A DNA stretch of 64,000 nucleotides from Octopus sinensis. Lineage: Eukaryota. The stretch is taken from assembly GCF_006345805.1 (NCBI RefSeq), contig NC_043001.1:26102001-26166000 (forward strand). The letters run 5' to 3'. A program made the position numbers and the translations under genes. The notes beneath the pieces were generated by a model, which was given only the letters and a program-made list of their open reading frames with translations, ran no database searches and was not told the origin of the DNA. Positions 36,646 through 47,837 of this stretch are shown one piece after another; the first letter of the stretch is position 1; the number at the start of each line of letters is the position of its first letter.

Positions 36646-38419
36646 ATCCCATTTCCAAAGTCAATATATAATCTCTATATATTGATCAAATACTAGGCTC
36701 ATTTAAATTGGTTCTTCTCTCTTGAAAAATCTGTGGCTTTATGCTTATATTAAAATAACAATTATTTTTAATATTCAATCATAAGGATGTCTTCAAACTC
36801 GAGGAGAGATAAAAAATTTTATAGACACAAGTAAAATCTCTACATAAAAATACCACTATCAATTATTTTTACAGACACAAGAAAAAGCTAAACATAAAAA
36901 TACTGCTATCAGTTATTCTGGAAAATACTTGAACAAAAGTGTAAATCATAATAATGTAAATCATAAAGTGTAAATCATAATAGACAGAAACTTTGTTGGC
37001 TGTAATCTGCTAGCGTACTGTTGACAAGATGGCAGCCACCCAAGGCCAAATAGTTGATGTGGAAGAGCTGTCAGCTGCCAAGAAGTTTCAGTAGCTGAAG
37101 ATAAGTGAAAGTAACAAGAAAAGAAAAAAAGTATAATAAAATGGCTGGAACAGGCAAAAAAATATGAAGAACTTCTTGAAGTATTAACAACAAAAACTGG
37201 TAATGTTGTCGACACAAAATGTTTCTTGGAAATGGAGAAAAAGACATTAATTTATATGTGCTAGTATGTTATAGTATAGCCAGTTTATCAGATGACAAAA
37301 TGGAGGCTGTCTTCAAAGGAACGTGGGGGGAATGATAGGCTGCATGATCTTCCTTGACTTTTAAAAAAAAGTTTTTAGATTTAGGAATATAAAAGCTGTG
37401 ATAGAGAAGGCATGAAAAGTGGTTGAAATAAAAATAAAAATAAAAACTATTGAAGCCATAGAATATGAATAAACGATTACTAATAACCATCATTGATCAA
37501 CAGTGGGACATCAATATGTGCAAGTTTGTGATAATTTTGAAACAATTTGGTAAATTTAATGGCATCGTTGAAAAAGTAAAGGAAAGGTAGGAAAGCATTT
37601 ACATGGTGGTTGGTTCTATGTTTGTAATGGAAATTTCCAGAAATTTCTGAACTTTAAGAAACTTGCTTACAGGAATTAAACAGGATATCTATTTTCCCTG
37701 CCACTTCAAATGCACAGGAAAAGCAGCCAAAGTATTTCAAATGTGAATGCTGAGTCCAACAATGCCTCCCCAAGATGAAATATAAGCAATTACTTCTCAG
37801 TCTCTATTATCTCTAATTACAGATTAGTAGAATAAGAGAGAGAAAGAGATGAGAAAATTTTACTAAAATCATTAGTCCAGTTGCTGCTTTCTATAAAGGA
37901 GAAAAACACTGTATGTATATTTTGTAAGTTAGTGGTGTTGAACTTAAATTTCCAATGGTTTTGAAGTGGAAAACCACACTTTTCAATCAGTACATGAAGA
38001 TTAAATTTTTCAAAGTACTATGATTATCTACACAATAGGTGAGATGACATTTTCGTTTAAAAGGCTATACAGCTTGGAAAAAAATTCTTCTTTTCCTTCA
38101 AACCCTTTTACATTCCTGTGTCATGGAACCAAGCTAGGAAGGGCACGTTAAAATTTCTTTCCCAAAAAATCATCATAACTATCAACTACAATAGCTACAG
38201 GAAAATAAAAGGTAAGAAAAAACCCCTTTTCTCTACCTTTTGGACACAAAAAGCAATAAAACTGAACTTTAACAGTTCTATTAAAGTGGGTTATTTCACA
38301 ATAATTAAAACTAGTAATAAAATTTCTCAGGCTGTGGACAATGAAAAGTCACCTAAAAGTGGCAGGTGGCTTATTTTAGAACTTCATAAATAGATATTAT
38401 TATTATTATTATTATTAAT

Positions 38420-38710
38420 AGGAGTGGCTGTATGGTAAGTAGCTTGCTTACCAACCACATAGTTCCGGGTTCATTCCCACTGCGTGGCACCTTCGGTAAG
38501 TGTCTTCTACTATAGCCTCGGGCCAACCAAAGTCTTGTGAGTGGATTTAGTAGATGGAAACTAAAAGAAGCCCGTTATATATATGTATGCTTGTATGGGT
38601 TAGGGTTAGGGTTCCAAAGAATAAGTCCTGGGGTCGATTTGCTTGACTAAAGGAGGTGCTCCAGCATGGCTGCAGTCAAATGATTGAAACAAGTAAAATA
38701 GATAAAAGAG
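38420..38710 (+). mobile_element. SINE-A with internal deletion and (TTAGGG)-like junction
   Basis: Head aggagtggctgtatggtaagtagc.. and tail ccagcatggctgcagtcaaatgattgaaacaagtaaaa are present; about 100 bp of the middle is missing relative to 11891-12300. Confidence 0.9.
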
Positions 38711-39044
38711 GTTGTTGTTTTTGTTATTATTATTATTATTAATATTATTATTATTATCATTTTTATTATTATGCTGTCTGACACTTACTAGTTGACCTTC
38801 AATTAATGACAATTGAGTATGACACAGTAAGTTAAATCCAAGAAGAGCACCTACTCCAATAAAATGGTATTTACTACTTTATGTTACTCCAGTATTTTTG
38901 GTTCTAATTGATGCATTAGTGCAGTTGATATCAATGGTATAGAAAAAGCAGTCAGAGTAGTGCCAGTCTATACACTTTGTATGAAGTAGTGAGCTTCTTT
39001 CACTGAATTGAAAGTTTTTGACTTTGTATGAACAGCTTCACATA

Positions 39045-39517
39045 ACAGCCCCAGCCCATCCAAAGTACCTTGGATTGCAGGACGGCCTGCTGTGCTTACC
39101 TTGGATTGTAGGGCGACCTGCTGTGCTTGAGGAGAACTATTGAGTCAAGTACATCAACACCAAAATAAATATCAAATGGAAATTGTAGTTGTGATACTTG
39201 TGCCGGTGGTATGTAAAAAGCACCATCTGAACGTGGCTGATGCCAGCGCTGCTTTGACTGGCTTCTGTGCCAGTGGCACGTAAATAGCACCAACCAATCA
39301 TGGTCATTACCAGCCTCTCCTGGCACCTGTGCCAGTGGCACGTAAAAAGCATCCACTACACTTATCGAGTGGTTGGTGTTAGGGCATCCAGCTGTAGAAA
39401 CACTGCCAGATCAGACTGGAGCCTGGTGCAGCCTCCTGGCTTCTCAGATCCTGGTCAAACCGTCCAACCCATGCTAGCATCGAAAACTGATGTTAAACAA
39501 TGATGATGATGATGATG
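39045..39517 (+). mobile_element. Long RTE 3' UTR (R family) with tandem internal units
   Basis: Three gtgcc(g/a)gtgg(c/t)a(c/t)gtaaa.agca units, then ..ccaacccatgctagcatcgaaaactgatgttaaacaa(tga)n. Confidence 0.88.
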
Positions 39518-40789
39518 TATCATCTCATTTCTTATTGTAAGGGTGACTGAAATACAATTTTCAATGCAATTCTAGACAGAGAGGAAACTAGAATATAAAT
39601 CATGAAATGTAAAGCCCTTTTAAGTCTGTTCTCTAACTTCTGTTTGATGAATTCAGACTGGAATTCTCAGAGAGAATTTGTGTGAATTTAATCCAATAAA
39701 GGTGAGGAAAAGGTTATTCAGATATAATATTTATTAGTTCAGGTAGAGAATTAGCTTGCTTTCCAAAATTTAAGGGTGTAACCTATTTCAACCATAAAAT
39801 GCAGATCAGTGAAGTTAGATTAGACAAAAATCCATAAATGTAGTCTTGACACAGAAACTGTCTTGAGGCCAGGACATTTCATCTCAAGTCAAAAGAACAG
39901 AAAGAAGAAGGGTTTGCTGCTTAAGGTGTTGCCATTTTCTCATAGAATTCTATAGAGAATTAGAGAAAATTAACAATGAGTTTTTGGAAGATGAGTTAGA
40001 TATGGCCAAGAAAGACCTACAAAAGCTTTCTGACAGACTTTTGATCAGAGCTTAAGCTCTCTCTTAAAAATTTGTAAAGCTTACTATGTAGTAGAGTATC
40101 AAGAAGAGTGACTTATGCACAAGGTCTCAGTCAGCTTTTTTGGGATACTGTCACTGATACCACTTGTAGGACCAGTCCCACACCGTAAGTAATTTTGTTG
40201 AATTTACCAGACCAGATAAATATACAGACCATAAATTTATGTTTCAATATCTTATTGACCAGTGTATCCAAGGAGACTGCATGGACAGATAGATTGAATA
40301 AGAGAGACTTATAATTACTAAGATCCTGTGTCACACTCATTTTATACAGATTAAAAAGATGAGTTAGAATAGATCCCATGCACACACCTGCCATGAGAGG
40401 TTGGTAAATTTGGTCAAATTGATATAAAGATAGATCAGATCTGTATCTTTCAATGGATGTATTTATCAGAGATAGTAAAGAGAGATAATTTAGCCTAAGT
40501 ATGTTAATATTTCAACTAATTAAAAATCTTTAGTCTTTCGTTGATTTACATTTTTTTAACTCTTACATGTTAAAGCATGTGAAATAAATTGGTTGTACTT
40601 CTACACTAAACAAAATATTTTAATTTTTTTTATGTAGTTCTTAATGATATTTAATAGGATTGTTTAAACATTGAATAGCTATGAAGTTTCACCCAGGTAA
40701 AATAGGAATTAAAAAGGATCCATAGGCAAAAAATAGTTGAGAACCAATGCTTTAAAGACTTCGTGACTAATAAAAAAAGTTCACACACA

Positions 40790-41080
40790 CTTGGTAATTC
40801 AAGACTGGAGCAAAGTGAACAATATGAATCACAGAATACCAAAAGCACAAGTTCTAAAGGGCCAGACATGTCATAAGGTCTAAAGACAAGGGAACTTGAA
40901 TGGTCTCCAAGAGATAAGATAAAAAAGACACTCAGAAGGCCTCCATGATGATGCAAAAATGATTGAGTCAAATAATTTGGTTCAAGATAAGAAGGGTTAA
41001 ATCAAGAAAGAATTGGAAGTGCATTGTGACCAGCAGAGTATAACAACATCCAGTAGTCTGGTTGATACAGGTGATACACG
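40790..41080 (+). mobile_element. RTE 3' remnant, same family as 3005-3887
   Basis: Shared aaagcacaagttct, ccaaga.at..gaaaa..cagaag.cctcca, tcaagaaagaattgg..gtgcattgt.accag and the gataca(g/a)gtgata tail. Confidence 0.75.
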
Positions 41081-41571
41081 CACACATACACACCCAACCC
41101 ACTATCACTCTTCTAATTACAACACTATTTACTCAGCTGCTAATTATAAGAACAGAGATGCACATATTTCATCCCCCAATTTTGTGCTAACAGTTTACCC
41201 TCTCCTTGGAACCACCTCTCCCTGTCATACACCCTGCATTCTCAATACCATTTCTTACCACTGTATTTTCCATTGAACACTTTCTCATATCGGCTATCAA
41301 TACCTCATCCCACCTCATTCATCACACTTTATATTCACCTCTACATACCTCTGATCTCTGCCCCTGTCAATATGTCAATCCCTCCACTGATTATACAAAA
41401 TAAAGTAGTGACTACTGCATTAATGCAAGTGATAAATACCCTTCTATATTTTTATAGTATTAATTAACAGTAGTAGAAGTAGCAGCCAAGAATAATGAAT
41501 GGAAGTGGTAACTTTCAAATGATTCTCAGTTGTATTTTGTATAACCAAATATATTTAGGAAGTCGTGATTT

Positions 41572-41937
41572 ATAATAATAATAATAATAATAATAATGAA
41601 ATTATTGTATACAGTGCTCAGGTGCACCACAACTTGTCAAAAGTACATATAAAGCATATGCAGTAATGTACAAATGTCTGGGAGTGAACAGTGTATGAGT
41701 CAGATACATGCTTGCGTGTGTATGGAGGGGAGAAAATCAGTTGTAGTGTTGGAGAATCTCAGGAAGCATGGAAGTTTTGAAGGATGCAGTGCTCTGACAA
41801 CTAACAACTGATGCCGGCAGTTTGTTCCTTACTTCAGCAACTCTTAGCGTGAAAAAATGTTTCCGAAAGTCATGGGAGCTATGCTGTTTTCTGACTTTGT
41901 AAATATGTCCACGGCTGTTAGACAGGTGGAGTTATGA
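41572..41937 (-). mobile_element. CR1/L2-like LINE 3' end with (ATT)n tail
   Basis: The reverse strand gives, across frames, KVRKQHSSHDFRKHFFTLRVAEVRNKLPASVVSCQSTASFKTSMLPEI, then the 3' UTR and (ATT)n. Confidence 0.8.
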
Positions 41938-42094
41938 AACCCTTAGGTAGAGATGTAGAGAAAACAAACTTTGTTTATTTAGGTTAGTAATTTAGATATT
42001 ATTTACAGACAAAAAAATACCCAGAGAAAGAAGTTGCACCAAAACAACTGACTCAATGTATAGGATCACTGAAGTAGTCAACTGAAAAGTTTAA

Positions 42095-42495
42095 GACTGT
42101 GGTTGTGTGGTAAGAAATTTGCTTCCCAACATGGTTTTGGGTTCAGTCCCACTGTGTGGCACCTTGAGCAAGTGTCTTCGACTATAGCTATGGACTGAAT
42201 GAATATGGTAACCATTGAAAACAGTATGTCATGTACACAGGCGTGCATGTGTGTGTTTGTGTCTCTGCATCTTGACATCACGATAGTTGTAAATGATTGT
42301 CACTGACATATAAGCAGTGTCCTTTCCAGTATTCTGTGAGAACATGTTTGGCCATGGGCAAATATTTCCTTGCTTGGAAACAGGTGAGGTTTGGCGACAG
42401 GAAAGGCATCTGACCATATAAAATCTGCCTCAAGTAAACTCTGTCCAGTCCATGCAAGCATGAAAGAAGAGGTGGACGTTAAAATGATGAAGATG
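42095..42495 (+). mobile_element. SINE with A-type head and RTE-like 3' tail (SINE-A2)
   Basis: Head gtggtaagaaatttgcttcccaac.atggttttgggttcagtcccactgtgtggcaccttgagcaagtgtct; 3' end ttggcgacaggaaaggcatc..ccatgcaagcatgaaag..gtggacgttaaaatgatga. Confidence 0.8.
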
Positions 42496-42769
42496 TTACA
42501 ACATGACAAAAGTATCTAAGCATTGTCACCAGGTTCATGGTGACATAAACGAATGACTGTCACTTGAAAGTATGTACGAGTTGACAGCAAGTACATGAAT
42601 TTGTTTTAGATGCCTATGTAGCAATGAGCAGACATATACACCTGCTCAGCAACCTCATCCTCATCCAACCTAGGGAAACAATCTGGGATGTGAAAACCTG
42701 GGAGAGAGAGGGCTGTACAGAGAAATTTCACTTGTATTAAATTTCAGTTGAGTAAACTGAAGGAATGTG

Positions 42770-42872
42770 AAATGAAATGCCTTACTTAGGAACACAATAC
42801 GCCACCCAGTTCAGGAATCGAACCCATTACCTTATAAACATGAAGCAATGTCCTACCACTAGGTCATGTACC
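42770..42872 (-). mobile_element. SINE-C head fragment
   Basis: aaatgaaatgccttacttaggaacacaatacgccacccagttcaggaatcgaaccc...accactaggtcatgtacct. Confidence 0.6.
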
Positions 42873-43412
42873 TTCGCTTCAGTACATAAACTGCAGATTA
42901 TTATAAAAGACCCTTTTGTTCTTGATATGAGTTTAGATGATCAAAGAGGATGGTTCTACCTCTGGCAGCTTGCCTTTGGCAGCATGTGACTATATAACAA
43001 ATGACTAAGTATAAAGTTATATGCAATGAAATTCATTCAAGTCGATCACTTTTCTAAATGGACATAGGAATTTTCTTATCAAACATTTCTTTTTCTCTGT
43101 TCAATAAGTTGTAGAAGCAGCCGTTATTAGTTAGATTATTGAACAGTTTGGTTTTTAATATCGTGCCATTTTACAAATTGCAAAAATAAATACTTGATAT
43201 TTATTTATTTATTTTCTAGGCAAAACAATATCAAGTAACCAATAAAAGTTTTTTTTTTGCTTTTTAATTATTTTCAGGATAATGGAAGAAATAAAGGAAA
43301 ACATTGAAATATCTTTAAAGAATCTAAATTTTCATTTTTTTTTATGTATATATATTTGAAATATTTTAAGTAACAACATGTTTAAATAAACATACACACA
43401 CATACATACAGG

Positions 43413-43444
<32 letters not shown>

Positions 43445-43888
43445 GAGTTCTGGAAGTGGTGTGTGTTCCACCCACGTGTAACATTAAATTTTTCACACAC
43501 CCTACCCCAATAAACCAAACATCCCCTCTTCTCTTCCTCCTCACATCTCTTCTTCGTGCTCTATGTTTATCTCTCCCTCCCTAATCCTATCCTTCCTGTC
43601 ACCTGTATCATTGCTAACCTGTCTTTTCTCCCCTATTTACCCAGGTATATAGGGGGGAAAACCCCCCAACACTGCATCCCCACCTCCCCACTTTTTGCAG
43701 TCACATGAGCCTCCTACTCACACACCCTGGACACCCCTTTAAAGTTCCATTCATATTCACATCCTTGTATCTTGAGAGTATACCCTGGCACATTGCTACC
43801 ATCTCTCTCGCTTTCTCTTACTCTTGCTCTCATTCTCGCTTCATGTGGTTAACACAACCTCTAATCGAAGTATATATGTGTATATATA

Positions 43889-44368
43889 TATATTATATAA
43901 AATCTGTTCTATCTGTCTGTGTGTGTGTCTTCTAGGATCTCGGGCATCCTCCATCCGATTGTGCTCAAATTTGATATGTAGATACCAACGGTATCAGAGC
44001 GTATATAAGTCTTGAAAAAAATTACAAAATTCGATTCCAGGTGAGAATGCAATCGCTAAAGCCGTGGGAACGTGCATTTGTACATGCAAGCACATCAGTC
44101 GAAATCTTTCTTTTGCTGGTGTCTCAAATTTAGGTTAAATCAGTGTTTCCCAAAGAGGAGGACTATGGGACGGTCAGACAAGTTGTTTTGAGAAAATTTG
44201 GTTTAGATGTTTGACAACTCAGCACCGTTCATTGGCCGGGGGGGGGGCGTTTTGCTCGTATATATATGTATGTGTGTATGTAAGTATGTATGTCATGTGT
44301 GTGTGTATATATATATATACATACATACACACATATTTTTTATATATATACCCACATACATACATACA

Positions 44369-44403
<35 letters not shown>

Positions 44404-45291
44404 CCCAAATTTCATTTCCTATATATTTGTTTGCCTTTTCATTTGTAGTGCTTTTATGTGTATATACATAAATGTAAAATTTTCTCAAATAAATTACACT
44501 CCATATTTGAACTCCAATGAAGTTACAGTGTGATACTCAAGCACTCAACTATGTCTGCGTTGGATCTTATAGTAGAAACAGATGTAACCTAATGAAGTTC
44601 ATAAATTTTTATTCCTTTAATCATCCCAACTTCTTTTATTTACACCCACACACACACACACATACAAAATGCATGTGTACAATATTTAATCAGAGCTGAA
44701 GTTCAATCCATATTAAAATAATGCTGACATGTCTGGGATGGTACCACTGCTGCACACGCAAACATACTAGGACCGCATGTATACAAAGACCATTCAGCTG
44801 ATTGGTTAAAATTCACTCACCATGACACCCTCAACCTCTAACTAACCCATGTACTGTTTCTACTCTTTCTATTACCACTATTATAAGGATTTCAGCCTAC
44901 TAAGCAGACAAGCAGTGTACAACCTCTACCCAAGCTGCTTTTTTCTAATTTTCCAGTTCTATCTTCTGAAATAAAGACATGGAAAGTTATCGATTTAGGA
45001 AGTGTAACATTTATACCTTTCCTTATATTGTGTAATGTATATGGCATAGTAATGTGTGTGTACTTATGTGTACAAATGCATGTTCCCACAGCTTTATCGA
45101 TCGCATTCTCACCTGGAATCGATTATGTAATTTTTTTCAAGACTTATACACGCCCTGATACTGTCGGTATCTACATATCAAATTTGAGCACAATCGGATG
45201 GAAGATGCCCGAGATCCTAGAAGACAGACAGAACAGATTTTATATAATATACTAGCATTATGACCCATCATTGCCAGGTCATAGTGCTAGT
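43889..45291 (+). mobile_element. Helitron-like non-autonomous unit with inverted duplication of its 5' end
   Basis: About 200-bp inverted arms 43889-44092 and 45058-45250 starting TATATTATATAAAATC with a (TCTG)/(TG) microsatellite; ends in a hairpin plus CTAG|T at 45287-45291. Confidence 0.6.
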
Positions 45292-46175
45292 GCATGTATA
45301 TATGTGTATATATATGTGTACATATTACATATACATCTATATATATACATCTACACATAAAATACAAAATACAAAGAAAATTGTTAGGAAACTTATAAGC
45401 TTACTTTGGCATTTGAAAACACCATAACAATTGCTACATAGACCAGACACCTACAACATTTTCTTTCTCTCTTTCACTCAAGAAAGTGGCAATGTACCAA
45501 TCGAGAAGCAAATTGCATTGGGAATTTCAATTGATATATGAATTTCTGCGGCAATATCTGGACCTTTAAGTTAAGCAAACTAGATATTCAGTCTCACTTG
45601 TTATGGTTGGTATTATCAGAAGTTTGTCGAGACAGAAATATGTTCATTACATTTCAGAATAAGAATCTCCTATAATATCTAAGTTTATTTCAAAAGCAAA
45701 ATTTGAAATAAGCCACTACAATAGAAAGAATTTAAAATGACACAAAAGGCATCATCGAGCTGATTGTATACTTGTCACTGCACTTCAACAGTAAACTTGC
45801 TCTTTTATACACAACAAATAATAAAACATTTTAAGTATATAAAGATGTACAATAGAGCAGAACAGAAATAGCGATTACTATATAATGTAATATTGGTGAA
45901 TGATAGATCATTTGGTGAAACTAGTCAAAATTACCTGATAATAATGGAAAGAAGTAGATTTGATATAGAAAATAGCTATTGATTAAAGCCACGAAAGTCA
46001 AGTTATTTCAATAGACTATTTAGTCGAAATATCCAGAAAATAAAAGGTCTGATGGGAATAAGATTTTAAACAATGAAGACAATTTTGGAAATGAAATTAT
46101 ATATTTGTTGCAATACAGTAGTTTATTCAGACTTCCATTTATACAGTCTTTGTTCTGCATTAAATTATGCAACTC

Positions 46176-46276
46176 ACACACACACAGACACACACAAACA
46201 AACAAACAAACAAACAAACAAATAAACAAACAAACAAATAAACACACACACACACACATACACACACACACACACA
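46176..46276. repeat. (CA)n/(CAAA)n microsatellite
   Basis: Directly visible. Confidence 0.92.
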
Positions 46277-47018
46277 AAGAAATATACTGACACTCACATC
46301 TATTTTGATATTGCTAATATATTCAATACAGACTGAATTCAGAAGCTTTTATTCTATCTATAAGGTCACTACAGTGTCGAAAACTGACAAACACACACAC
46401 ATAACAGTTGTGCATTGAATACAAGTAGTGAGAAGAATATAACAAATATGAACCATATATCAAAATGAAATAGAAATTCACACACATACGGAGCGTTCAC
46501 AGTAGAAGCCAGAGAGAGAAATCTATCAATGTGAATACATTGAGTGAAACTGTAGTAGTTTATCCATTTATATTGTATGGAAAAGAAAATTAAGACATGA
46601 GAATTAAATTCATACATTGGACCAGACACGTTCATCAGGGAAAGGTCAACTTCCCAAAACAGTTCAGTATATATTAGAGAAAAAAAGAAAAAAAAATGAA
46701 AAATCTATATATATATAAATGATCCTTGTCATTAACTCATGTTTATTATCTGCATTTCTTGTCACTTTCACAGAATAGGAAAGGAAGCAAATAACAGAGC
46801 AAACAACTTTGCATTCTTAATGTATCCAAATTAATCATACATGTTTGTTTCATGAATATTTTGTGATATGACACCTTGATCAATTATTGTAACTGTTAAG
46901 GGTATGTTACTGTCTATTCCCATATGATGCTCCACAAGACACACATGCATACACACACACACACAGACACACACACACACACACAGATGAAGATATACAC
47001 AAAGATATGTATATTATA

Positions 47019-47276
47019 TTCCATTCCATTCCAACTACTTTGCCCATTATTCCTGGGGGTGTTGGAGGAGTAGAGTCCTGTCTCCTCTCCTCTATAGGGT
47101 CCTAACAGAAGCAACTGTCATTAGATTTTCTGGGTGGATTCCCAAGTGTGACCAGCTGGGACTATGGATATTATCCAACCATCTTATTCTTGATCTACCC
47201 TCAAGTCTTCTGCTGGTTGGCTTGGCTTGAAGAATCTGTCTTGTGATTCTTTCCTGAGACATTCTAATCACATATG
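47019..47276 (-). mobile_element. Expander/Rex3-like RTE 3' end with (GGAAT)n tail
   Basis: VIRMSQERITRQILQAKPTSRRLEGRSRIRWLDNIHSPSWSHLGIHPENLMTVA.. matches the C-terminal pattern of Rex3/Expander-type RTEs. Confidence 0.75.
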
Positions 47277-47499
47277 TGTTATATACATACATGTAATATA
47301 CTCAGAAATGCTGATATCTGTGAAATTACATGTTCTTGTTAAGCATTTTTATTCAAAATGTACCCCACTATTCCCAGAGATGGGAAAACCACACACACAC
47401 ACACACACACACGTATATATGTAGTATTAACACTTTGACTCAGAATTGCATTTAAGTTTTTACAAAAGTGAGAACAGCATTCCAGATTGTTTGGATGCC

Positions 47500-47700
47500 T
47501 ATTTCTTTACAACCCACAAGGGGCTAAACACAGAGAGGACAAACAAGGACAGACAAACAGATTAAGCTGATTATATCGACCCCAGTGCGTAACTGGTACT
47601 TATTTAATTGACCCCAAAAGGATGAAAGGCAAAGTTGACCTCGGCAGAATTTGAACTCAGAACGCAGACAAAATACCGCTAAGCATCTCGCCCTGCTTGT
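47500..47700 (-). mobile_element. SINE-B near full length
   Basis: ttctttacaacccacaaggggctaaacacagag...aaaggcaaagttgacctcggcagaatttgaactcagaacg; reverse complement of 56485-56722. Confidence 0.9.
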
Positions 47701-47764
47701 GATAATCAGAGCCTTTATAGTTTCTGTAATTAGGTGAAGAGTAAGGCTTATTCTTGTTTTCATT

Positions 47765-47837
47765 GGTTGGTCCTAGTTTGACTGTCTTTGAACAGAGGTC
47801 TGATTATTTAAGGCTGACCTGGGGGCTAAACAACAAA
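47765..47837 (+). mobile_element. Repeat-D 3' fragment
   Basis: gctgacctgggggctaaacaacaa tail shared with 53835-54025. Confidence 0.55.

Noticed and set aside
43870-45316. gtatatatgtgtatatatat on both sides of the Helitron-like unit as a TSD
   Set aside because: Low-complexity TA/TG sequence; Helitrons make no TSD, and the match is likely coincidental.
46600-46645. Another minus-strand CTGATGA as a hammerhead
   Set aside because: No downstream stem II/GAAAC can be formed.
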